Origin: a virus
IMG/VR virus record: IMGVR_UViG_3300009682_000001
Reading direction: 5' to 3' (one strand)
DNA length: 31,888 nucleotides
The notes under the pieces were generated by a model that was not told where the DNA came from, ran no database searches, and saw only the letters and a list, made by a program, of their open reading frames with translations. This document shows positions 17,208 through 25,375 of this stretch, piece by piece (the stretch's first letter is position 1; the number at the start of each line of letters is the position of its first letter). A program made the position numbers and the translations under genes.

Positions 17208-18254
17208 ATGCAACCAAAATATGAATTAGAGCTATGGATCAATAATGTGCAGGTGGGTGATATTAGCAGGCTGGCACAAAATCGCAGCTTTAGTATCAAA
17301 CGCAATGACCGTGAAGAGCTGAGCTTTGATTTGGATGGCAAAGCATTTGAAGCATATTGTGCGACATTAGGCAGTGAGCCAGTAGAGGTACTTGAACCCT
17401 ATATCACTGATGTCAGAGTAAAGCGCAACGGTGCTTATTTGTTTGGTGTGCAGGTAGTAGACATGGAGTATAGCTTTAATGAAGCAGGAGCTAGCGTAAA
17501 GGTGCGCTGCACTGGCTTCCTAGATTTGATGATGGATCGCTATGTCACCATAAGCTACTCCCAGGTAGATGCAGCAGCTATTGCGCGTGACCTGATTGCT
17601 GAGACACAGGCATTGATGGGTGATTTTGGCATTACTAACGGTGTGAGTCAGGATGCTGGTGTATTGCGTGACCGTAACTATGTAGATCAGAATGTCAAAG
17701 ATGGCATCATTAACCTCACTAACCTTAGTGATGGTACTTTTGACTTTAAGTTTTTGGCAGATCGGACATTTGAAACATATACCAGTATGGGTACTACCCG
17801 TGATAATTTTAAATTCACCTATCCATACAACGTAAAGAGTATGACAGTGCCGCGCACAGCATTGAATTTATACAACTACATCATTGCACTAGGTAGCGGA
17901 TTTGGTGAAGAGACATTACGCAGTGAAGCTGGTGATACTGCTAGCCGGTTAAACTATGGTACGCGCCAAAAAATAATTAGCTACAATTCTGTCAGTGACC
18001 AGAACACGCTAGACCAGCATGCAGTAGGTGATGTGCTACTGAGTAAAGATGTTTTGATGCTACCTAAGCTAAAGGTTAGTGGTGAATTCTGTGATTTAAA
18101 TACTATATGGGTAGGTGACCGCATCCCGGTTAGCACTCAGGGCTATACTTCCCTACCACTGGATGGAATGTTTAGGATTGAACAAATAAATTGCTCACTT
18201 GATCCAAATGATGCAGAAGATATTGATTTAATAGTAGACAATTATGGCTTATGA
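17208..18254 (+). CDS. Tail-associated hub protein (Tal / prophage tail endopeptidase-type N-terminal domain)
   Basis: 348 aa, follows Dit. Confidence 0.55.
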   Translation: MQPKYELELWINNVQVGDISRLAQNRSFSIKRNDREELSFDLDGKAFEAYCATLGSEPVEVLEPYITDVRVKRNGAYLFGVQVVDMEYSFNEAGASVKVRCTGFLDLMMDRYVTISYSQVDAAAIARDLIAETQALMGDFGITNGVSQDAGVLRDRNYVDQNVKDGIINLTNLSDGTFDFKFLADRTFETYTSMGTTRDNFKFTYPYNVKSMTVPRTALNLYNYIIALGSGFGEETLRSEAGDTASRLNYGTRQKIISYNSVSDQNTLDQHAVGDVLLSKDVLMLPKLKVSGEFCDLNTIWVGDRIPVSTQGYTSLPLDGMFRIEQINCSLDPNDAEDIDLIVDNYGL

Positions 18255-18727
18255 CAAGATTAAACATGATACCGGAGCAACAATTTGCTGAGGATTTTAG
18301 GCAATTACGCCGTGATATTGAAGAGATAAAGCAAGCGCAGCGGATAGGGCGTGACATTATGCGCCCTAGAATTGTAGAGTGCTTAGACGGTAATGGTAAT
18401 CCTACGCCGTATGATCTAGTTACCGTACCTGATGGATTTGGTAGCGGTACAAGCTTCACCGCCACATTTACAGCAGATAATCAGCAAGAACCCTGGGGGA
18501 CATTATTTGTAAAAGCTTTTTACGGGTCACCAGGCGTACCAGTGCAAGATGGTCAAATGAGCGGTGGCTTTTATCTTAGCCAGAACAATACTAACCCTGG
18601 CACTATTGCTTATAGGGGGTCTATTGGTACGGCGGTGTTTATGGACACCACCTTGCTATATTTGAAGTTTTACATGTACGCCACAGATACGGGCGTGCTG
18701 GAAGTAATACCGGAGCTTATAACATGA
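18251..18727 (+). CDS. Baseplate or tail-tip accessory protein, paralog 1 of 3
   Basis: 158 aa. N-terminal helix FRQLRRDIEEIKQAQ, middle SFTATFTADNQQEPW, C-terminal YLKFYMYATDTGVLEVI. Confidence 0.5.
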   Translation: MTRLNMIPEQQFAEDFRQLRRDIEEIKQAQRIGRDIMRPRIVECLDGNGNPTPYDLVTVPDGFGSGTSFTATFTADNQQEPWGTLFVKAFYGSPGVPVQDGQMSGGFYLSQNNTNPGTIAYRGSIGTAVFMDTTLLYLKFYMYATDTGVLEVIPELIT

Positions 18728-19209
18728 ACCCAGACATTATTTATAACCAGCTAGCAGTAGAGCTTAAAAGTTTTGAGGATCAAATCCGCGAACTTAAGCA
18801 AAAACAATTCACTGGCACTGATACGGTCCAGACTTATGTAAATCAAAATAGCGGCTGGGATCTGGACTGGACACCTACCTGGTCAAGCCCCCAGGTATCT
18901 GCAAGTAAAGATTTTAGTGTGCAGTTTTTGGCTGATACTCAGGATGCGCCAGTAAACAGTATGCGGTATGAGATTTTAATAGATAATAGCGTGGTATTCA
19001 CTACCGCCACATTTAATGACCATCCCCAGGATGTAGCCGTATTAGGCTATGTACATGATAGCTTTTTGACTTACGCAAACCTACAACCACAGCCGCGCCT
19101 AGATGGGTGGTATTTTAACGTGACGGCTTACCGGAGTGGCATGAATATAAAAGTAAGGTTTATAGTAGACAGTACGGACACGGGTACAATAACTGCGGTA
19201 GAGATTTAG
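18724..19209 (+). CDS. Baseplate or tail-tip accessory protein, paralog 2 of 3
   Basis: 161 aa. N-terminal helix FEDQIRELKQKQ, middle DFSVQFLADTQDAPV, C-terminal IKVRFIVDSTDTGTITAVEI. Confidence 0.5.
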   Translation: MNPDIIYNQLAVELKSFEDQIRELKQKQFTGTDTVQTYVNQNSGWDLDWTPTWSSPQVSASKDFSVQFLADTQDAPVNSMRYEILIDNSVVFTTATFNDHPQDVAVLGYVHDSFLTYANLQPQPRLDGWYFNVTAYRSGMNIKVRFIVDSTDTGTITAVEI

Positions 19210-19210
19210 T

Positions 19211-19633
19211 ATGAATAGGCAAGATATTGAGACATTGCAGCAACGTGTAAGGGAAGCCATGCGCACGCTAGAAGAGCTTAAGAAAACACCGCAAGCCGTA
19301 GCAGGTGATAGCTGGGTATTTTACCGCCATGATGCCGCGCCAGAGTGGGATTTTGAAGTACACAATGTCACTGACCCTAGTTACAAAAAAACCTACAAAG
19401 TAACCTATGAAGTACCTGATCCATCACGCGGATTTATAAATTGGTTTTACTTCTATGAATTTGATACTGAGATGCAGGACATATCATTTTACACTGATCC
19501 TGTGGCTGACGATCCGTATAGCTTCTGGCTTACTATAAAACATGTGGATTACAATAGTGATCCAGCTGGGATTAAAATGCGCTTCCTGATTTTTTCACCA
19601 CAAAAAGGCAATCTGGTATTTAATGAGCAATAA
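19211..19633 (+). CDS. Baseplate or tail-tip accessory protein, paralog 3 of 3 (most divergent)
   Basis: 140 aa. N-terminal helix AMRTLEELKKTPQ, middle TYKVTYEVPDPSRGF, C-terminal IKMRFLIFSPQKGNLVF. Confidence 0.45.
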   Translation: MNRQDIETLQQRVREAMRTLEELKKTPQAVAGDSWVFYRHDAAPEWDFEVHNVTDPSYKKTYKVTYEVPDPSRGFINWFYFYEFDTEMQDISFYTDPVADDPYSFWLTIKHVDYNSDPAGIKMRFLIFSPQKGNLVFNEQ

Positions 19634-19664
19634 TTGTAGTATAATAGGCATAAGGATTTAGACT

Positions 19665-20972
19665 ATGAGTTTAGCAACAAGCAACAGAGATGGCGGTAGG
19701 ACTAACGAAGCAGGACACTTAAGAGGTGTCACTAAAGGCTTCCTGGGGCGTGTACTCAGTGGCTTAGATGTCAGCCAGCGTGGTGCTGGCGCAAATATGA
19801 GTGTAGATGTAGCCATTGGTGATGCTATAATCCAGCGCTCTGACGGTACTTATGGTCACCCTGCCTGGAATGACGCAGTGTATAACCAGGCTATTGCCGC
19901 AGCTGACGGATCAAACCCGCGCCGTGACATTATAGTAATGTATATTGACTACGGTGAGACACCTAGCACCGGTGTAGCTAACAACACCAATGGCGTAGTA
20001 AAGATTACTAGCGTATCAGGTACTGCCGCAGGTAGCCCTGTTGATCCTAGTGATGCTACTATCCAAAGCTCAGTAGGCTCTGGTAACCCATTTATTAAGC
20101 TGGCGCGCGTGAGGGTGGCGGCTGGCGCTACATCAATCAGTAACTCAGTAATTGATGATTTACGCCTAATGGCAACCGCAGTAAATCAAGGTGGCTGGAT
20201 ACATGATGCAGTATATAGCTGGGTATATGGCAGTGCTACTACTTTTACTATTGCCGGTGTTGATGCCACTGCACAATTCCCGGTAGGCACGCGCTTGCGT
20301 GTTTATCAAGGCGGCTCACTTAAGTACTTTATTGTTACTGGCGCTACATTCAGTACCAATACTACGGTTACTGTGACAGGTAACGGCACATACTCACTTA
20401 GCAATACACCTATTGATAAGCCTGCATATAGCTATTCTGGTGTGCCTACTGGCTTCCCCCGTCAATTATTAGCTGATCCACTTGATGGCTATGTAGAAAT
20501 TGCGCGTGTTACTGCCACCGGCACAGTATCGTCACTTTCAGCGCAGAACTTACCGCCCTATAAATATCTACGGACTGAAGCGCTTGTTATGCCTACTGGT
20601 GGCACAGCATTTGCGCAGATGAGATTTAATAATGACAGTGGTACTAATTATGCTCGTAAATATTCCTTGTCTTTCGCAGGCGCCACAGATACGGTAAGCG
20701 AGAATGTTTTGACTCCATCCAACGCAGTTAGAAGCGGTGGCGTTGGTTTTACGGTAACCGATATACTAAATGTTAGTAATAGAGAGAAGGTGGCTTTCTC
20801 TAGGTCAGTTGATGACGCTGGTTCAGGTGCTACCACAGTGCCAACCGGTCGTTTGTCGTTTTCTAAATGGATAAATACCAGCACAGTTATCTCCCGTATT
20901 GATCTTGTGAATAATGCTGGAAGTGGTAGCTTTGCTGCTGGCACGGAATTAGTAATATACGGTAAGAATTAG
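19665..20972 (+). CDS. Receptor-binding protein / tail fibre
   Basis: 435 aa, Gly/Thr/Ser-rich, the last large gene of the tail module. TATAAT at 19640 and AAGGA RBS lie upstream. Confidence 0.55.
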   Translation: MSLATSNRDGGRTNEAGHLRGVTKGFLGRVLSGLDVSQRGAGANMSVDVAIGDAIIQRSDGTYGHPAWNDAVYNQAIAAADGSNPRRDIIVMYIDYGETPSTGVANNTNGVVKITSVSGTAAGSPVDPSDATIQSSVGSGNPFIKLARVRVAAGATSISNSVIDDLRLMATAVNQGGWIHDAVYSWVYGSATTFTIAGVDATAQFPVGTRLRVYQGGSLKYFIVTGATFSTNTTVTVTGNGTYSLSNTPIDKPAYSYSGVPTGFPRQLLADPLDGYVEIARVTATGTVSSLSAQNLPPYKYLRTEALVMPTGGTAFAQMRFNNDSGTNYARKYSLSFAGATDTVSENVLTPSNAVRSGGVGFTVTDILNVSNREKVAFSRSVDDAGSGATTVPTGRLSFSKWINTSTVISRIDLVNNAGSGSFAAGTELVIYGKN

Positions 20973-20982
20973 GAGCATTGAT

Positions 20983-21279
20983 ATGGCTACAAAAACATTT
21001 GGCAAAGAACCTGAAACAGAGCGCAATTATGTTGCTGAGCTTCATAAGCTTGTAGGCGCAAAATTCCCTGTGTCAGTTACTACCGAATTTGGCAAGCTGG
21101 TCAATGTTGTTTATGAGACTGAATGGAAAGAGGGCAACACTACACCTGTTGAGACTGATGAGCTTGACGAAAATGACAACCCAATCATTGATTACAAAGA
21201 GAATTACACAAAGCGCAAGCTTACAGCGGCTCAAATTAAAAAAGTTGATGCTTACATTAAGAAAAACATAGCAGAGTAG
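20983..21279 (+). CDS. Hypothetical acidic protein
   Basis: 98 aa with AGGAG RBS. Confidence 0.55.
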   Translation: MATKTFGKEPETERNYVAELHKLVGAKFPVSVTTEFGKLVNVVYETEWKEGNTTPVETDELDENDNPIIDYKENYTKRKLTAAQIKKVDAYIKKNIAE

Positions 21280-21283
21280 TCAC

Positions 21284-21616
21284 ATGGATGCACCAGCTAG
21301 AGTGCAGAAGTGGAATAAGACGGAGTGGGCGCTTGCCAGACAGCGTGCATTAGCCACCCTAGACCCTGTATGTGCTATATGTCACAAATATATTGATACC
21401 AGCCTACCTATGACTGATCCTGACACCGGGCAACGTAACGCATTATCAGTAGAAGTAGATCACATTACCCCACGCTCACGCGGTGGGGCTTTGTACGCGC
21501 TTGAAAACCTACAACTTAGCCACATGATCTGCAACCGCAGAAAAGGCGCAAAAATGGCTGAGGATTACGAAGAGCAGGCAGTAACTAATCAAGTACCCTG
21601 GTCCAATCAATGGTAG
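21284..21616 (+). CDS. HNH endonuclease
   Basis: CAICHKYID...VEVDHITPRSRGG...NLQLSHMICNRRKG. Confidence 0.8.
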   Translation: MDAPARVQKWNKTEWALARQRALATLDPVCAICHKYIDTSLPMTDPDTGQRNALSVEVDHITPRSRGGALYALENLQLSHMICNRRKGAKMAEDYEEQAVTNQVPWSNQW

Positions 21617-21623
21617 ATGCTTG

Positions 21624-21632
21624 TGCTATACT
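21624..21632 (+). promoter_or_regulatory. Extended -10 element TGcTATACT upstream of the lysis cassette
   Basis: Intergenic position. A leader with AAAGGAG follows. Confidence 0.4.
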
Positions 21633-21658
21633 GAGTACATAAGAAAAGGAGTTTTGAC

Positions 21659-21733
21659 ATGCAAGATCAAGATGAGCCAATTACCCCAGAACACGCCGCA
21701 GAGGTGGAAACTATGGGCAAGGGGGATGAATAA
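21659..21733 (+). CDS. Possible 24-aa acidic micro-ORF coupled to the endolysin gene
   Basis: AAAGGAG lies 8 nt upstream of ATG 21659. Product MQDQDEPITPEHAAEVETMGKGDE. The TAA abuts the endolysin ATG. Confidence 0.3.
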   Translation: MQDQDEPITPEHAAEVETMGKGDE

Positions 21734-22876
21734 ATGTCTTATTCAGTACGCCAATATCCAGCCAGTAGCGCTAACTACGATACCAGCCGTAAAACAATCA
21801 AAAAGATTATAATTCACCACGCCGCCAGCACCAGCTTTGACAGTATTGGTCAGGTATTTGCTAATCCTAGCAGGGGCGCATCAGCTCACTACGGTGTAGG
21901 GCGCAATAACAATGTGGATCAGTATGTGCCTGAAAAATTTACCGCGTGGCACTGTGGTAATTATCCGGTTAATCAAGAGTCCATAGGTATTGAAAATGTG
22001 AACTCTACCGGCGCACCTAACTGGAATGTAGCGGATGAGACAAAGAATACTCTAGTAGAGCTTTGTGCTGACATTTGCCGCCGTAACCCTAGCATTGGCA
22101 GATTGCAGCCAGGTGTAAACCTATTTGGTCACAAGCAAGTAGCAGCGCCAAATAAGCCTACCGCATGCCCTATGACACTGATTGACTTCCTGCCAGAACT
22201 TGCACGGCGCGTAAATGCCCTGCTAGACAGCGGTAGCGCCCCACAGCCTACACCACAGCCACAGCCAGGTAAAAAGACTAATGAGCAGATTGCAAATGAA
22301 GTATTAGCTGGTCAATGGGGTAATAATCCGCACAGGCGTAATGCTCTTATTGCCGCTGGATATGACTACAATGCTATACAGGCTATTGTGAATGGTAAAG
22401 TGGGTAACCCTACTACTGCACCGCGTAAGAGCAATGAAGTCATTGCAAACGAAGTACTTGCAGGAGCATGGGGTAATGGGGATGACCGGCGCAACCGGCT
22501 CACGGCAGCTGGATATGATTACCGCACCATCCAAAACATTGTCAATCAAAAAGTGGCTGGTAGCCCTACACCATCAAAGCCAGCACGCCTGAGCAATGAG
22601 CAAGTGGCGGATCAAGTACTAGCTGGCGCATGGGGTAATGGTGATGATCGTAAAAACCGCTTGAGTGCAGCAGGTTATGACTATGGCGCGGTCCAGGCTA
22701 TTGTTAATCAGAAGTTAGGGCAGGGTGTATCTGGCAAAAAGTCAAATGACCAGGTAGCCAATGAAGTCATTGCTGGCAAGTGGGGTAATAACCCTGAGCG
22801 TAAGCAGAAGCTCATAGCAGCAGGGTACGATTACAACGCAGTCCAGGCATTAGTAAACCGTAAATTAGGAGTATAG
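21734..22876 (+). CDS. Endolysin: N-acetylmuramoyl-L-alanine amidase (Amidase_2/PGRP) plus four CW_7 cell-wall-binding repeats
   Basis: IIIHHAAS...AHYGVG...AWHCGN...IGIEN is the amidase_2 pattern. A PQPTPQPQP linker follows, then four copies of the motif LAGxWGNxxxRxxxLxAAGYDYxxxQxxVN. Confidence 0.9.
   Translation: MSYSVRQYPASSANYDTSRKTIKKIIIHHAASTSFDSIGQVFANPSRGASAHYGVGRNNNVDQYVPEKFTAWHCGNYPVNQESIGIENVNSTGAPNWNVADETKNTLVELCADICRRNPSIGRLQPGVNLFGHKQVAAPNKPTACPMTLIDFLPELARRVNALLDSGSAPQPTPQPQPGKKTNEQIANEVLAGQWGNNPHRRNALIAAGYDYNAIQAIVNGKVGNPTTAPRKSNEVIANEVLAGAWGNGDDRRNRLTAAGYDYRTIQNIVNQKVAGSPTPSKPARLSNEQVADQVLAGAWGNGDDRKNRLSAAGYDYGAVQAIVNQKLGQGVSGKKSNDQVANEVIAGKWGNNPERKQKLIAAGYDYNAVQALVNRKLGV
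22277..22873 (+). repeat. Four tandem CW_7-type coding repeats (about 45 codons each) within the endolysin gene
   Basis: The repeats start at TNEQIANEV, SNEVIANEV, SNEQVADQV and SNDQVANEV. Confidence 0.85.
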
Positions 22877-22878
22877 CT

Positions 22879-23247
22879 ATGAATTTGTTTGCCGCAGTAT
22901 CTAATACGCCAGTAGTGGTATTTACCCTAGACTGGCAGGTAGTGGTCCAGCTAATTCTGGCAGTAGTGTTGCCTATATTAGTAGGATTGGTCACTACACG
23001 CGTCACAGCAGGCTCTGTAAAGGCTTGGTTGCTTGCAGGGCTAACTTTAGCCACATCAGTGATTACTGAGCTTGCAGGTGCTATATCAAGCTCTACACCA
23101 TTTGATCTAGGCATTGCACTATTGGCAGCTATTCCAGCATTTGCCATATCAGTAGCAACCTACTACGGGCTTTGGAAGCCTACGGGTGTAGGTGTAGCGG
23201 CTCAGGATGTGGAAGCCACTACGCTGGTGGACCGTAATAAGCAGTAG
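22879..23247 (+). CDS. Holin (multi-pass membrane protein)
   Basis: 122 aa with 3-4 hydrophobic helices and a charged C-terminus, directly after the endolysin gene. Confidence 0.65.
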   Translation: MNLFAAVSNTPVVVFTLDWQVVVQLILAVVLPILVGLVTTRVTAGSVKAWLLAGLTLATSVITELAGAISSSTPFDLGIALLAAIPAFAISVATYYGLWKPTGVGVAAQDVEATTLVDRNKQ

Positions 23248-23256
23248 CATTTAAAC

Positions 23257-23290
23257 CAAAAAGAGCGCCCTCGCAACAGCGCTCTTTTTT
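23257..23290. terminator. Bidirectional rho-independent terminator
   Basis: AAAAAGAGCGC-cctcgcaaca-GCGCTCTTTTTT, between convergent genes. Confidence 0.85.
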
Positions 23291-23324
23291 ATTGGTCAGT
23301 GTTTATTTTGAATACTGAATACTT

Positions 23325-23747
23325 TTATTGTACAGGTTTTGGCTTTATGCGGTCAAGTGACTTGCTACCCTTTTCACTATTACAGTACTCACAGGCTGGC
23401 TTTAAATTATCAAGGTTAAACCGTAGCTTAGGATCATGGGAGCGCGGTATTACATGATCCAGTGTCAAAGTCTCTAGTGTGAGCTTGCCCGGACACCAGG
23501 GATGGATGCGCAGGTAGCAGTACCAATTACCATTTTTATCTGGCGGATTTTTTCTAATCCATGTAGCACGCGTAACAAACCACTGCTTAGTCTGCTTGCC
23601 TATTTTCTTAATAGGTGTGCGCTTCATGCCTACCTTGCGCTTGAGTACCACTTTTGGATTTACTGGACACTGGTACGGGAAGTGGTTAGGCTTTGGATTT
23701 TGACAAAATTTGCAGGGCTTTTTTGGAAATCTATCTATACCTGACAA
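23325..23747 (-). CDS. HNH endonuclease with an N-terminal zinc-knuckle-like motif
   Basis: CKFCQNPKPNHFPYQC, then LDHVIPRSHDP...NLKPACEYCNSEKG. TTG start 6 nt after AGGAGG. Confidence 0.8.
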   Translation of the reverse strand: MSGIDRFPKKPCKFCQNPKPNHFPYQCPVNPKVVLKRKVGMKRTPIKKIGKQTKQWFVTRATWIRKNPPDKNGNWYCYLRIHPWCPGKLTLETLTLDHVIPRSHDPKLRFNLDNLKPACEYCNSEKGSKSLDRIKPKPVQ

Positions 23748-23794
23748 GTGAAACCTCCTATTACTGAATACAATAATTGTACACTAAATGCTTG

Positions 23795-23803
23795 TGTTAT
23801 AAT
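23795..23803 (+). promoter_or_regulatory. Extended -10 element TGtTATAAT upstream of the packaging operon
   Basis: Perfect TGnTATAAT. TTGTAC lies 15 nt upstream, and the leader has AAAGGAG. Confidence 0.45.
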
Positions 23804-23862
23804 TACACCATAAACCAGACGCGTAGACGGGAACTACCCGGTTAAGAAAGGAGCAGGCGCAA

Positions 23863-24345
23863 ATGGCAGAGGTAACTACAAAAGAATATGTGGCTAAGAT
23901 CGCTGATTTAATACCCAGTGAAGAAAACCCACGCAGCATAGGGCGCAAAGAGTATGAAGCCCTAAAAGAGTCACTGGTTGAATTCCCAGAGATGAAGCAA
24001 ATACGCCCCATTGTAATAGATGAGGATAATAATGTACTTGCTGGACACCAGCGGCTGTATGCGTTGCAAGACCTTAACTATGAGGATGTGCTTGTACTGC
24101 AAGTCACTGGACTCACTAGAAAACAAAAACGTGAATTTATGATTAAGGATAACGTCAGCTCAGGTAAATGGGATGCTGATATTATTGCCAATCATTGGGA
24201 GCTGGATGAGCTTGAGCAATTTGGTGTGCCTAAATTCAAAATCCCTGGCGGTGACGGCAGTGGTGGTGAGAAGAGCTATAAAAACCATGAGGTAACTTGC
24301 CCTAATTGTGGTGAGCATTTTGAACTGTCTGAGTCTGACGATTAG
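23863..24345 (+). CDS. ParB N-terminal (ParB-like nuclease) domain protein with a C-terminal zinc ribbon
   Basis: NPRSI...IRPIVIDEDNNVLAGHQRLYAL, then CPNCGEHF. Confidence 0.7.
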   Translation: MAEVTTKEYVAKIADLIPSEENPRSIGRKEYEALKESLVEFPEMKQIRPIVIDEDNNVLAGHQRLYALQDLNYEDVLVLQVTGLTRKQKREFMIKDNVSSGKWDADIIANHWELDELEQFGVPKFKIPGGDGSGGEKSYKNHEVTCPNCGEHFELSESDD

Positions 24346-24360
24346 CCGGAGCGTAACACC

Positions 24361-24615
24361 ATGTCTGATAAAAAGGGTATTACGCTAGGTGATGAGATTG
24401 AAGATGTAACCAGTGGGTTGCGCGGAGTTGCTATTGGCAAGGTTGAGTACTTAAGTGGATCAATCCAATGGATATTACAGCCACCGCTTGATGATGGTGG
24501 TGTACCACAGCGCACTGAATATGTGCCGGATGCCTATGCTAAGCGCGTAGGTGATGGCGTACGCGTAAAGCCAAAGCCAGAGATGGGTTTTCATGCTAGG
24601 AATGACGGGGGCTGA
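24361..24615 (+). CDS. Hypothetical protein
   Basis: 84-aa ORF with a GGAG RBS. Confidence 0.55.
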   Translation: MSDKKGITLGDEIEDVTSGLRGVAIGKVEYLSGSIQWILQPPLDDGGVPQRTEYVPDAYAKRVGDGVRVKPKPEMGFHARNDGG

Positions 24616-24617
24616 GC

Positions 24618-25373
24618 ATGCAGGAATTACAAAAAAAGATGCGCGTAAAAACTGATGCCCTACAAAAACTACTGAGCAAGCCGGTCCATGCTAAAAAACC
24701 AAAGGGTAAAAAGAAGCCCACAAAGCGTGATTTATTCCATGAAGTATTTGAGGACTACTTTTTTAGCCTGCCGTATACAAAATTTATTCAACTTACAAAA
24801 GACTGGAATGACGTTAATCTAAGGATAGAACTGCAAGAGCAAGCAAATTATGATGCCTGGCTCAATTACTTTAAAACACTGCCACCTAATCAAATCCGCA
24901 TGCTTGCCCAGACAGGGCTGGACTTCCTGCCCACTGAGGGATATGCAGCACTGAGCCGGTGGCATGACATCATCAGTAACCCTAGCCGCATTGATAAAAT
25001 CCATAAAGCCGGGCTTACCGGCGGTGTGGATGGTAAGACTAAATCTATTGTAGAGCTGGCGCAAAAGAATGACCGCTATGGCGTACTCTGTGCAATCCGT
25101 GACGGCATTGCTGCTAAGCTTGAAAAGGGTGCAGGCAACCGTGATACGGCTGATCTATCTAAACAGCTTACTGAGGTAATGACACAAATAGCAGATTATG
25201 AAAAGCGCCAGGCTAAGAGTAATAAAAAGACGGTCCTGGGTGATTTGATGGCTGGCATACCAGGTGCGCCAGCATCCACTGAGATTAAACCAAAGCGCCC
25301 GGCAAAAAATGGCAGCGGTCACCGCCAGACTAGCTTTGCATCAAGAGTAACAATTAAAGATTTAGAGGATTAG
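24618..25373 (+). CDS. Candidate terminase small subunit
   Basis: 251 aa, basic N-terminus, directly upstream of TerL. The call is by position only. Confidence 0.45.
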   Translation: MQELQKKMRVKTDALQKLLSKPVHAKKPKGKKKPTKRDLFHEVFEDYFFSLPYTKFIQLTKDWNDVNLRIELQEQANYDAWLNYFKTLPPNQIRMLAQTGLDFLPTEGYAALSRWHDIISNPSRIDKIHKAGLTGGVDGKTKSIVELAQKNDRYGVLCAIRDGIAAKLEKGAGNRDTADLSKQLTEVMTQIADYEKRQAKSNKKTVLGDLMAGIPGAPASTEIKPKRPAKNGSGHRQTSFASRVTIKDLED

Positions 25374-25375
25374 GT

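Noticed and set aside
20560-20972. An apparent codon-usage shift (AGA, TCG and TTG codons) in the last 130 or so codons of the receptor-binding protein, suggesting a swapped receptor-binding domain
   Set aside because: This is an impression from reading only and I could not quantify it. It needs a sliding-window codon or GC analysis and comparison with relatives before being claimed.
21662-21682. A 21-nt near-repeat AAGATCAAGATGAGCCAATTA (21662) versus AAGATCAAAATGAGTCAATTA (30864)
   Set aside because: Identity is 19 of 21. A rough estimate puts the expected number of such matches in a genome this size near one. The two copies are read in different frames and share no context, so this is probably coincidence.
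21621-21812. 63-aa track ORF spanning the start of the endolysin gene
   Set aside because: It starts inside the putative promoter and is out of frame with both the RBS-supported micro-ORF and the endolysin. It overlaps the conserved amidase N-terminus.
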